DNA of 63,782 bases, filler included, from Folioceros fuciformis (taxonomy: Eukaryota), in the NCBI GenBank assembly GCA_049999805.1. It is 12 parts of 12 records of this genome, joined end to end, with 100 filler letters (N's around TTAATTAATTAA, not from the genome) between each part and the next. Parts side by side here need not be neighbours in the genome. Positions count along the whole stretch, not along the records: positions 1 to 14,926 come from JBNGIO010001030.1; positions 15,027 to 18,112 come from JBNGIO010001032.1; positions 18,213 to 22,521 come from JBNGIO010001033.1; positions 22,622 to 31,139 come from JBNGIO010001034.1; 8 more parts are not named here. One strand, given 5' to 3'. The position numbers were made by a program, and so were the translations under genes. Shown here in pieces: positions 12,858 to 24,320 of this stretch. The notes under the pieces were generated by a model that was not told the DNA's origin, did no database searches, and worked only from the letters and a program-made list of their open reading frames with translations. How positions within the stretch are numbered: position 1 is the stretch's first letter; each line of letters opens with the position of its first letter.

Positions 12858-14926
12858 TCATCGATCTATGTTCAGCTGCACAGTGAGTTCGCTCACACCC
12901 AGGTCGTTGTACACGCTGTGAACATGTCTCAAAATTTTCTGCTCATCCGCCCCTTCCTTTACCTGTTGCACACAGGAAGGGCTGAGCTATTTTCCCCAAG
13001 TCAAACATGTAAGAAAATGCAGAAGCAGAGACACAACAGGCAAGGGTATGGAGACAGCACCCGTAAGATAATGGTCCCGACCACAAAACCTGGAACCATG
13101 TCCCAGAAGCGGATGATGGAGCACTCTGACACGCCGTCATGCATCAGGACCTGATGGACAAGTCATGACACACTCTCTGAATGTCAGAACAAGTCCAGAG
13201 GATGGCAAGGCAGATATTTTCCACGAAGGGTCCAGGAAGAGTTAGATACCTGGCGCAGGCATTTGCTAAACGCTGAATTTGAAATTCCAGTCGGGGACAT
13301 CTGTAGCAGCACTCCTCCTGATGCTTTGAACATGGGCATGGTCATGAAAACCACAGAAACTGATACCAGGAGGAAGCACAGCGTTTCTGCGTTGGTTACT
13401 CTGCAGCAGAGGACAGGTGTTTAAGTGTGCACAACATTGTGGAGGAGGCCTTTGATCTGATGGACGTAAGCAGAAGGAAGAGTCGGGTTTACCCCAGAGC
13501 AAGTAGCCAGGATGCCAGAATGACCCCTGCACTGCACAATCGAATGCTTTCGAGGTGAGATCAACCACGTGATCAACCACTAGAAGCGTGAAGTGAAATG
13601 ATACAGGTTCAGCTTAACGATGTACCTTCGGATGGAATCGGCTAATACATGGAGACAGACTGCGTGCAGGTTCATGTCCTCTGCTTTCCTGTACGCTGGA
13701 TTCAATGACAGTGGGCAAGAACGTCAATCCAATGCCAGCCTAAAGAGAAGTCAGAACTGGATGGATGAGTGTAGCTGTGCATGATGCGTGAAGAACTTCA
13801 CCAACACGTAGTCGGGCATACTGTCGGAAGAACCATACTCCCAGTAGATTGACAAGAAGATTTGTCACTGCCGACACTATGAGGTAGTGCCTGCTCACAA
13901 CACACCACAGGAAAGTAAGGCCATGGTGTGCACGACAGGAACAGCTTCCACCTCGTTGAGGGCTCAGAGTAGGGGCTCACTTGTGCTCAGATTCGTCCTG
14001 AATGAAGGCATGCAGAGCTTCCACAGCAAGAGAGAACGACAGAAACAGAAGAAAGAGCTGCATTGCAACACAAGGCACAAGCTTAGTGTAGAAAGGAAGG
14101 AAGGGCTGCCTGCCTGCCTGCCATTACTCAATCACACCAGCAGCCAAAACCGACGTACAGCATTTGTAAAAGCTGCCAGAACTTCCAGCCTCTTGTATCT
14201 GCAAGGCAAATGGAAAACCGAGTGAGAATCCCACAGTTACGATGCAGGTCCACAGAGCCTCATCACACGCATACCCGTATGTAAAAGTCTCGTCTGGCTT
14301 CCTCTGTGAACCCACCAGAGCATATAGAGAAAACGTGAGAACTCCGCATCCGAATGTAAGATGAAAGGAGTCAGACACAAGGCCTGCAAACGACACTGAG
14401 CATCAAAAACCCATGCTACCCAGCACCAGAAACTGCTCACTGCATCCAAGGACGACACTAACCAATCCGCCCACTGAACAGGCCGATGAGGAATTCGATG
14501 GCGGAGTAGACAAAATTGAGCAGAATGAGCAGGAACAGCTTCTTTGCCGGTCTCATCCCAGACCTCAAGATGGGGTTCAAGGCCACCAACATCCGCGCCC
14601 TCCTACCAGCCCGCTGCCATCTCCTCTTCACATCCACTCTCTTTCCGTGCAGACCCACCGCCTCCTCCTCCCCAGGGTCGGCCTCCTCCTCCCCAGGGTC
14701 GGCCTCCCCCTTCTCGCCCCGCTCCATGGACAGCAGGCGGGTCAAGCTGGGCTCCAGATTCCGGCCATCCGCACGAGCCTGCGGAGCCTTCTGCAGCACC
14801 GGAGGCTCCCTAGTGAAGGAGGGCCAGGAGGCGAATGCGGCCCCTGCTCTGGCAGATGCGGAGCTGAAGGGCGAGGTCTGCGGGTAAGGGGACCTGATGG
14901 GCTTGAAGGGGATGGCCGGGCTGGGA
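12858..14926 (-). CDS. MTP5: Metal tolerance protein C2/MTP5-like CDF zinc transporter; 5' end lost in gap
   Basis: KKLFLLILLNFVYSAIEFLIGLFSGRIGLVSDSFHLTFGCG, FTYGYKRLEVLAAFTNA, EALHAFIQDESEHKH, YRKAEDMNLHAVCLHVLADSIR, RFWDMVPG. Ends VYNDLGVSELTVQLNIDR*. Confidence 0.93.
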
Positions 14927-15026
14927 NNNNNNNNNNNNNNNNNNNNNNNNNNNNNNNNNNNNNNNNNNNNTTAATTAATTAANNNNNNNNNNNNNNNNNN
15001 NNNNNNNNNNNNNNNNNNNNNNNNNN
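14927..15026. other. Artificial 100-nt contig linker (N44-TTAATTAATTAA-N44); first of 11 copies
   Basis: Identical linkers at 14927, 18113, 22522, 31140, 36023, 38556, 40578, 44148, 46577, 54128 and 61231, each 100 nt. The core gives stops in all six frames. Confidence 0.98.
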
Positions 15027-15073
15027 CTTTTTCAACCAAAACAAACTACTACCCCAAACTTTGGAGGTTCACA
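15027..15073 (-). mobile_element. Terminus of dispersed repeat family B (TG-starting, probably an LTR)
   Basis: Matches 36385-36431 and the reverse complement of the element starting at 22091 (TGTGAACC..AAGTTTGGGGTAGTAGTTTGTTTTGGTTGAAAA). Interrupts a Copia integrase. Confidence 0.75.
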
Positions 15074-16260
15074 ACTCCGTTCGTGAATCTAATGAAAATA
15101 TACTTCTGTGCTCAATTGTCAAGCTTTGTCCGAGTAGCCTTATGGGTGTGTGCATACACTGTTGATCCAAATACTCTGAGTATGGATAGGTTAGGTCTCG
15201 ACCCTGTCTCTTGTGGTAGGGAGGAGGTAAGGCTCTGGTTGACAATATATACTGCATGGGACATACCTTTAGGCCAGTAGCTTTTGGGTAGGCTTGCATG
15301 GATCAGCATTAATAGAGCGCAGTCTTGTATTGTTCTGTTCATCCGCTCTGCTACTCCATTCTGTTGAGAGGTATGTGGAGTAGTGACATATTGGGTGATC
15401 CCGTGATCTGTACAAAATTGCAGGATTTGATTGGAGTTGAATTCACGACCTTGGTCTATGTGAATGGTAAGTAAGGGTTCTCCAGTTTGCTTTTCAGACC
15501 AAGTTTTATAGTCCTTGAGGCAAGTAAAGGATTGTGCCTTGTGTTTCAGCAGGTAGAGCATTGTGAAACGGGAGTAGTCATCTATTACAGGCATGAAGTA
15601 GAGGTATCCAAATAGTGATCTTTTGAAGGGGTTTAAGTTGAAGTCTTCTTGTTGCTCTCGCCGAGGGCTCTTTGGGAAAGGGAGAACGATGACTCTTGCC
15701 TAGGGAACAAGCCTCAAAGATTCCGAAATCTTCAATCTTGGTGAGTGGAATGCCTGCAGTTGCCTCAGTTTTTAACATGTCCTTCATCTGCTAAGTGTGC
15801 ATATGTTCGAGGCGTGCGTGCCACAAGTAGGACTGACTGATGCTGGTGGCTGCAAAAAGGGAAGAAGTTTTGGCAGCTAGAGAAGTTGTGACATTCAGGT
15901 GATAGAGGTCGTCGTCTTTCAAGTCCCATGTGGCTATTAGGTCTCCTTATGAGGTTTCAATAATTCAATGACCTTCGCCAAAGCACACATAATAGCCAGA
16001 TTGATCAACCTTCTGGATTGAAAATAGATTCTTTGTCAACCCTGGTATGAGCAGCACATCTGATATTTGTAGAGTAGAGTTGGGCTTGACATGCAGGTCC
16101 ACTATTTCGTGGCCTGAAATTGTGTGTTTGGTGTCGTCCCCAAGGCGGACGAAATCTGGAGGTGTGGTGGGGTGGACATGGCTGAAATATTCACGTTGTG
16201 GTGTCATGTGCTGGGATGCCCTAGAGTCTATGTATCAGGTATGTTGACCGTGTGCTAAGA
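15074..16260 (-). mobile_element. Degenerate Ty1/Copia pol fragment: protease, GAG-pre-integrase, integrase core
   Basis: YIDSRASQHMT (protease), LWHARLEH, rve core IDDYSRFT...IDQGREF...TPHTSQQNGVAERMNRTI. Contains stops and frameshifts. Confidence 0.92.
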
Positions 16261-16447
16261 GACATGAGGCTACTAGGTTGAGGGTGGAGGAGTAGTTAAA
16301 GTAGGTAATTGACTCATTGTGTGAGAAAAGCCCTTGAAAGTCGCTTCATGGTGAGGGTAAGTTGCTCTGATTGCTGATATCGTAGATTGGCTGCAGCTAA
16401 TTGTTTCCAACATTCTTCGTAGGTATGACCAGGGATATTACAGTATC

Positions 16448-16754
16448 TGTAGGGTTATTAAAGCCCAATGTGCTTAGGCTAATGTGTTTAGTCTAAGATT
16501 AGTGTCTAGTTAAGTATCATTAGTTTAGATTAGCTTAAGCTAATCTGTAGGAAGCTTCTTGCACAGCTTCCTGTGGGCTTCTTGTGAAGATTCCTAGGGA
16601 GTTCTTCTAGAGGGTATAAATACCCCCTTGAGCTCCCTTGTATATTGAGAGACTCATTGTGAGAGTGTGACCTTTCTTTCTCCTCTCCTCCTTGCCTCCT
16701 CCTCTCTTCTACTTCACCATGCTTCTCTAGCGATCCTTCAAGTGGTATCAGAGC
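16448..16754 (+). mobile_element. LTR family A, copy 1 (16448-16740) plus tRNA-iMet primer binding site
   Basis: TG...CA termini, internal TATAAATA, followed after 2 nt by TGGTATCAGAGC (16743-16754). Confidence 0.9.
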
Positions 16755-16999
16755 TAGGGTGTGGAGCAAGATGGTTGTGTCTGTTGTAGGTGCTACGGAC
16801 GGAGGCGCAAGTCCATGAGGATGGACATCTAGGAGGAGCACGGGCCGGGGCGCCAGGCCGCCCGGTTGAGGCGCCAGGCGGCGGTAGCAAAGGCGCCGCA
16901 CGCTGGCTAGGGCTAGGGCGCGCCAACGGGGCGCCAGCGAGGCGCCACCCGGGCACCATCGAGGCGCCACTTAGGCGCCAGCGGAGCGCCACCTGGGCG

Positions 17000-18112
17000 T
17001 GTAGGGTTATTAAAGCCCAATGTGCTTAGACTAACACGTTTAGTCTAAGATTAGTATCTAGTTAAGTATCATTAGTTTAGATTAGCTTAAGCTAATATGT
17101 AGGAAGCTTCTTATGCAGCTTTCAGTCCGTTTCTTGTGAAGCTTCCTAGGGAGCTCTTCTAGAGGGTATAAATACCCCCTTGAGCTTCCTTGCATATTGA
17201 GACCTTTTGTGAGATTGTGACCTCTCTTTCTCCTCTCCTCCTTGCCTCCTCCTCTCCTCTCCTTCACCATGCTCCTCTAGCCATCCTTCAAGTGGTATCA
17301 GAGCTAGGTTGCAGAGGAAGATGGTGATGTCCGTGGGTGATGCGGACAGACGCTCAAGGCTATGAGGTGCGAGGGTCTCGAACCCCGTCGTGCAAAGAGT
17401 GGCAGTACGGAGCAAGAGTGATCTTGGGTTGTGTGCAACGTCTGGGGAGCTTCAAGATCGCTAGGAACACCAAGAGTGCATGTGCGTAGGGCGCTCAGCC
17501 ACGGGCGTACAAGACACCCCGGCCGCAGCGGGCGCATACAGACCCTTGCCGGTGGGCCGCGCGGGCTGCCAGCCCTGGCCCACGGGGCCGTCAGCCCCGT
17601 AGGCGAGGGCCTTCAGCCCTGCAGGCGAGGGCCTTCAGCCCCGGCCGATGGGCCGTGCGGCTGCGAGCCCCAGCCCAGCGGGCCGCGAGAGCTGCCAGCA
17701 CCGGCCCTGCGGGCCGTGCGGGCTGCTAGTCCCACCCGGGGGCTATCAGCCCCACGGCCTTGGGGAGGGGCTCCGCCAGGCGCCGCCGGGTCTGGCCAGG
17801 GCCAGGGGCGCCCTAACACGGGCGCTAGCCCAGCCGGGGCGCCCAGCCCAGCCTACAGGGCGTCCGGCTTAGAGGGGGGGCCCGATTCGCCCGCTGTAGC
17901 GCCACCAAGCACTAGAGGTGCCAGAGGCAGGGACGCCCGGCCGGGCCAAGCCCGGACGCCCGGGGCGAAGCCGCCACATCTGACGAGCGCCGTTGACCAG
18001 GCCATCGGCGCCACGATGCGTCCAGGCCAGCGAATCGCCGGGCCAAAGAGCGTCGCGAACGCCGGAGGACGGACACCGCAGGTGATGAGAGGGAGAGCTC
18101 AGGCAACGCGAG
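17000..18112 (+). mobile_element. LTR family A, copy 2 (17000-17290) plus PBS and GC-rich internal leader, truncated at gap
   Basis: Highly similar to 16448-16740. TG...CA termini, PBS TGGTATCAGAGC at 17293-17304, then very GC-rich sequence. Confidence 0.88.
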
Positions 18113-18212
18113 NNNNNNNNNNNNNNNNNNNNNNNNNNNNNNNNNNNNNNNNNNNNTTAATTAATTAANNNNNNNNNNNNNNNNNNNNNNNNNNNNNNNN
18201 NNNNNNNNNNNN

Positions 18213-18964
18213 GCATTGGCGCCCTCAAAACTTACAAATGTCGGTAACGCCCTCCTGAGCTCCCCCTTTTTATTTACACAATAAAAAGGTTGTCTATCAT
18301 CTGAAGTCACTTGCCTACTCACTCGCCCCTCATCTAATATCTGATCAACTATTGAATCATCATCCCTACACCACTGACTCACAAGCATCTGCAACAAATG
18401 CCTAGGCATCATGTTATTCTTAAAACAGCGATGCCTATGAGCCCTAGATCCAAACTGCACTACATCCAACTTTATAGGTTCACCCAAATAATACTTGATC
18501 TTCTCAAAATCTCGCCTCAACACCACTCTTCTATCCATTTGCGAATCCACACTCTCAATCAAAAAACCACATTCTTTCCTCTAATGTTTTTGCACCAAAT
18601 TCAAAATCCTAATTAGCTCATAAAATAACACCGACCTATAATCCAACAAGCCTTTTCCCTTGCCTGCCATTGAATGCCCTTGACATTCCCAGCCAGCTAT
18701 TATCAGATCAACTTCTTCCTCCATTTGAAATTGTACCAATCCTATAAGCCTAACATCTTGCGGCCAAACAAAAAACGCTTGCTTCACAGCTTCAACCTTT
18801 AATTGCTCAGGATACTTTTTGCATAATTGAAACACCCTTGTCTTCGAAATTGTCTGACAAACTTCATTTGGATCACAATAAATGTAACGTCTGACCACAT
18901 ACCCAGTAGCCAACATAGCCTCCAGACCAGATGCAATCCCAGCAAACAACTCAACCACAACCAA
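18213..18964 (-). pseudogene. C5-cytosine DNA methyltransferase domain within retroelement (premature stop, truncated by gap)
   Basis: Motif I VVELFAGIASG, motif IV DLIIAGWECQGHS, motif V GLLDYRSVLF, motif VI-like FLIESV, motif VIII AHRHRCF. In-frame TAG at 18583-18581. Confidence 0.9.
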
Positions 18965-21231
18965 CCCATACTAAGATGAACTCAATGTCACAAGTTTATT
19001 ACACACAGGTTCAAGTTTACAAACTGCTTCTTTTGTGCAAAGCTGAATTTTATTATCTAGCTAAAACTCAGTCTGTCGCTTTTCAACCTCTCTAAAAATT
19101 TCAACTAATGCTCTACCAACACTTTCTCTCATTGCAATTTCTTGCACTGTGTTATGACTAAATTCCTTTAAACATAACTTATCCATATGACGCTCCACCC
19201 ACAATTTATCATCTTCATCTTCTTCCTCTTGTTCATCCCACAAAGTCGTCATGTTTACTACACACGCATCTTGCATGTCCTCCTGTAATTGCAGCTTAAG
19301 TGGAATTGTTGCTACTCTCATTCCTTCACCTTGTCACCATCCTGGACGATAGTAAAACTCCTATGTCCATAAGTCCACTCCTCCTCCATGCATGAATAAA
19401 GCCTCTGTTCCTAAAATAACATCAAAATTTCAAGATTTGACAATCAAACATTTCATTTCAATCGCTGTCTCTTCTTCTATCCCAAGCTTAAAACATAGCT
19501 GCAATTTCTCTTTAGTTTCCCCCATCACCGCCTCCAGACCTCCTTTGGCCATCCTTATCTTCCATCTTGTCTCCTGTATATCTTCCTTTTTCAATCCCAT
19601 AGCATACGCCGTGCTGAAATGAATCAATGTAGGTTGCGCTCCTAAATCTATCAATACCTTTTCTAATGCAAAACCTTCTACCAAAAATTCACACCCACCA
19701 TTGCAATTCCCGGACTAACTTTTGTCCTGTCTACATCATTTCGCATATTGCTATTGAGACAAAGTGAAACTTTCTTGTCTAATTTTCCACTTGCATTAGG
19801 CCACTCTACTATCACGTCCTGTAAAAGTTTTCGAATTTTTGACTTGCTCACCCCCACTTTGACGCCCAATTCTAACACACTTCGAATACAACCAATCACA
19901 TCACTCTAAGACACCTACGTTCTCTTGCTCACTTGCTGTTCCAACACCTTCACTGCTCTGCCATGCATCTTCTCACCAAAATCTTTCATATGCACATCTA
20001 ATACTTCAAATGATTGCGGATATTTCCAGCCTGACACCACCGATCTTCCATGGTCTTTATGCTGACCTTCTAGTCTTGTGTTGTATCTTTTTTGAGCAAC
20101 CTCTACTTCCAATGCATCTCCCCTGTCCACTTCACAAACAAATGCATCCAGTTGAAACTCCTTGTAAGCTTTCTCCTTCTCACCCAAATCCTTCCTTTTT
20201 TCCATTGTCCTAACTTCCTTGATTTTAACTCCGCCATTCTGACCACCACCTGCCTTCAACCTATCAATCTCAGCCTCCAAGTTTGCTATATGCAACTCTA
20301 ACGATTTGTAAGATTTGCTCATCCAACCCAAATTATCTCCACTGGCTCCTCCAAATCTATTTCCTTCAGCCCTCTGCACCTGTCTCACATTCTTAACACT
20401 ATGCCCCTTAAAACCAAACTTTGTGGGCTTGAGAGATGGATACTTCTGCCAACAAACTTTCTCCAAATGTCCTTTCTTTCCACAATGATTACAACCTACA
20501 TCCCTCTTAATTGAACACTCCATCATCACATGAGAACCACTCCCACAACGCAAGCACTTTATCCCTTTTTCTGTTTCTACATTCATGACAGGTTTCATGT
20601 ACCTATTGTCCATTCTTGACATGTTCGGTTGCTGCTGCCAAGTTGGTCTCCATTTAGGTAGAAAATTATGTCGGGGAACTGTCGCTGAAAATACACCTCC
20701 CTTTCTATTTGTCCCAACCTTTCTTCCCATGGCCTTTAGCAATGCTCTTGCCTGCTCATGCCTTTTTGCAATTGGGAATACCTAGTCCAGTGTGTATGTT
20801 TTACCATACAATGCTGTCAATTCTCTAAACACATCTTCCTTAATATCTTCATCCAAATTGCAAATATACTTAAAACAAACTTCCATTTCATTGTGCATCC
20901 CTGTATCTGTCACCAGCTGACTAGCACGATTGTAAAACATAAGTGCTGTCTCATTCAGCTTCCTCTTCAAATTTGCCAACTCTTCTATCTTCATGGCATT
21001 AACAGATGGAAACCTCATCTCCAATCAAATGAAGAATTCCTTCACCGGCTCAGCATGTTTACTAGACACTACCAAATCCATGAAACTCTTCAGGTTAAAC
21101 TTGTAAGCATCTCCATACAACAAGTTCCCTAACAAAATAAATTCAAATATGGGGTCTAACTCAACGGCCTCACCTCCACACTCCTGTAACTTAATCATAT
21201 AAAACATACACATTAATTGGTTAATGGACAC
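18213..21231 (-). mobile_element. Decayed Ty3/Gypsy-like retroelement polyprotein: gag - 2x CCHC zinc knuckle - aspartic protease - C5 cytosine methyltransferase
   Basis: Consecutive ORF pieces share one frame apart from one frameshift near 19690. Zinc knuckles CLRCGSGSHVMMEC and CNHCGKKGHLEKVC, protease VLIDLGAQPTLI...FDVILG, then DNMT motifs. Confidence 0.85.
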
Positions 21232-21253
21232 TGATGACTTGGGATGGCCGGAA

Positions 21254-21546
21254 TGTAGGGTTATTAAAGCCCAATGTGCCTAGACTAATGTGTTTAGTCT
21301 AAGATTAGTGTCTAGTTAAGTATCATTAGTTGAGATTAGCTTAAGCTAATCTATAGGAAGCTTCTTGTGCAGCTTCCTGTGGGCTTCTTGTGAAGCTTCC
21401 TAGGGAGCTCTTCTAGAGGGTATAAATACCCCCTTGAGTTCCCTTGTATGTGGGACTCTATTGTGAGTGTGACCTCTCTTTCTCCTCTCCTCCTTGCCTC
21501 CTCCTCTCCTCTCCTTCTCCATGTAGCTCCTAGAGCGTTCCTTTCA
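21254..21546 (+). mobile_element. Solo LTR of family A with 5-bp target-site duplication
   Basis: TGTAGGG...TTTCA flanked by CGGAA at 21249-21253 and 21547-21551. No PBS follows. Confidence 0.92.
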
Positions 21547-21653
21547 CGGAATACTTCTCACTCTTTGCAGGTAGTGAAGGATTGCTCCATGAGCTACATG
21601 GTGAAGGAGGAGAGGAGAAAGAGAGGTCCAATTTACCTTCATAGGAGAGCGGT

Positions 21654-22090
21654 CTACCTCATGCCCATGAGTGTCCGAGCTTGTGCAAATTGCTCTGAAG
21701 AGAGCCCCTTGGTAAGAACATCTGCAGGGTTCTGACTGGTGTAAACTTTGACAAGCTGTACCCTCTTGTCTTCCAACACCTCTCGAATGAAGTGATACTT
21801 CACCTCCACATGTTTGGTCTTCGCATGAAACACTGCATTCTTCGCCAATTGGATAGCACTCTGGCTATCACAATGCAACACTGGCAGCTCAACCTTGATC
21901 CCCAAATCTCCCACTAAACGAGCAAGCCAAATGGCTTCCTTACACGCCTCAGTAGTTGCAACATACTCGGCCTCCGTGGTAGATAGCGTTATGCACGATT
22001 GCAAACAAGATCGCCATTAGACTACCCCTCCAATGCACATGAAGACATAACCTGATGTGGACCCCCTTGTGTCCATATCCCCTGCATAAT
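21654..22090 (-). mobile_element. Ty1/Copia RNase H fragment (Tnt1-like)
   Basis: YAGDMDTRGSTSGYVF, LSTTEAEYVA, CDSQSAIQLAKN.VFHAKTKH, NPADVLTK. One internal stop. Confidence 0.93.
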
Positions 22091-22521
22091 TGTGAACCCT
22101 AAGTTTGGGGTAGTAGTTTGTTTTGGTTGAAAAAGGGTTGATAGTGGTATGGTTTGGTTTTCTTTTTCAACTTATTTTCCCTAATTTTTCTTTATTTTCT
22201 AGCCATTTTTCCTATTTTTTTTTGTGCTAATTAGGTTAATTGACCAGAAAATAGTTGGTTTGGTTATAAGAGTGGGTATAGGTTTGGTCCCAGACCTGGG
22301 AAGGTTTAGGTTCGGTACCAGGCCATAGGGTTGGGTGATTAGTTTAATATTAATTAAAGATATATAATATTAAATGATTAAATAATAAAATAATGGTTTG
22401 AACATAGGAACGAGTATCTGGGTATGTCAGTGTCAGGGGTCAGGGTCTAACGATAGGCTGGCTGATTGCTTGGTTGGCATGAACGGCCATGGAGGCCATG
22501 CCCTAGCTAGAGCTAGAGGCA
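22091..22521 (+). mobile_element. Repeat family B (TG-starting, probable LTR), inserted in Copia RNase H
   Basis: About 300 nt match the reverse complement of 36123-36431. Begins with TG exactly where the Copia frame is broken. Confidence 0.78.
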
Positions 22522-24320
22522 NNNNNNNNNNNNNNNNNNNNNNNNNNNNNNNNNNNNNNNNNNNNTTAATTAATTAANNNNNNNNNNNNNNNNNNNNNNN
22601 NNNNNNNNNNNNNNNNNNNNNTAACGCCGGGCCGGAAGTCGGGTCGCGGATAGGAGGCGCGTCACCGCCACGCCGGCTGCTTGCGGGCCCCGCTGCTCTC
22701 CACTCAGAAATTCCTTCTCCTCTGCAACTTGCGTCTCCCCGCTTGCTTGCTTGCTCGCTCCCTGCCCAGCTCCATGCAACTGGGGCCTCAAGTAGGTGCA
22801 CCTTCTTTCATCATCTTCTCTAACCATTTGGTGCACCTACCCCTATCCTTCTCTTTCTCTTCTACGTGCTCACAACCACAACAACAAATAAACGCCTACA
22901 ACCAAGTGCAAGAAGAGATTTTTTTTCTTTTTTATATTAAATGAGGGAACATCCCTTCCCTTCCCTAAGCATGCACTCCCGAGCTCAACGCTAGCTGGTG
23001 CTATTGTGCTCGGTGTAGCCATAGCCAAAGCTAGAATCTTATGTACATATGTATATCTAGGTGTAAATGTAAACAAATATATGTACATACAAAGGAAAAA
23101 CTAAGACTCCAATGAAAAGGAATGGAATGGAATGCAATGGTGAGGTGAACAACAGTAGTTGGCATACAGAGCCAGATTCGAAGAGGAAAAAAAAAAATGT
23201 GAGGAGGCGACAAAAACGGGCACCCCGGAGAAGTCAGTGGACCAAACCAGGCTAGTCTGGGAGTTTTCTCCCAAGTTGTTGGGCAGTTCTCCGCTTCACC
23301 CAGACAGGGACCCCTCCACGTCAGGGACGAGGCGGGACAGGACAGAAGTTTCGAGATTCTCCAAACCCCGTCAGTCGCAACAGGCGTGCGCCAAGAGGGA
23401 CTCTTGGCACTGCTGTCTTTGCGGACTCCGGCCAGTTCAAGACCAGGAGGTGGCCAGTAGGCCACAGCCTTTTCTTGAATGACCACGAGCTTTCGGGAAG
23501 TCTCGCAGTGCTACAGGCAGGTAGCGGACATGCCAAAGCATGTCCAAGTCGTAGTGCGCCTGAGAGGGTACTTCCCTACCTGTTAGAAGGGGACGTGATG
23601 TCTTCATGATCCATGACGTGTGAGTCTGCTACTGCTTCGGTGCTTTGCTGCATGCTCTCCACACAGCACCAGCGCACAGCCTTTATATCAGCTTAGACAT
23701 CCGTCTCTTGCCCCGCATGCTAAGGAAGCCGTTGAATCGGTATTGGCTCCTGCATCAGGTGCAAACACCGAGTTGGAATATTTCAGGCGCGAGAAGAGGA
23801 AGGCATATCCATGGCAGCCAGTGGATCAAAACAGCACTGAGACTCTTCGCTACTCTGCTTTTTATTCAACTGCTGCTTGTTCAGTGTGTAAGGTACATGC
23901 TAGCGGTGGGTGAACCCACAGGGCAAGGGCAAGGGCTTGCAGGGCAAGACAACCAGTCATGCTTGGGACGTCCACATGCCCCTCCTCAGCCCCCCAGCGT
24001 CAACAATAAGCCTGCTATGTTACAGCTAGGAAGAGCGGACGCCTGCCTACCCGGAGTTGATTCCCAGTAGGTTCAAAATCCTATCGTTGGCCCCAGGCTC
24101 TTAAACATACATCTGGGGAACCCTATCAGACTCGTCTGTACACACGCCTGCATATCATACACACAAAAGAAGAGAGACCTCATTATGAATTGTTGCAACT
24201 TAGTGATACTGGACATCACAACTCTGACAACCTAGTAGCCCAGAGTCTGGCACACAATTCGTTCAGCGAAACACATGAGGGGACCCGCAACTAGATTCGT
24301 CATTCAATGTTCAACACTTT

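Noticed and set aside
17431-18168. 245-aa Pro/Ala/Gly-rich ORF
   Set aside because: Consequence of very high GC in an LTR leader; it ends only in the artificial linker.
18213-18964. DNMT as host MET1/CMT/DRM/DNMT3 gene or bacterial restriction-modification MTase
   Set aside because: No BAH, chromo or UBA domains, no introns, motif order not permuted as in DRM, and no cognate endonuclease. It is in frame with a retroviral-type protease.
16448-21546. Family A LTRs as the LTRs of the DNMT element
   Set aside because: They are in the opposite orientation, two lie across a linker, and the third is a solo LTR with its own TSD.
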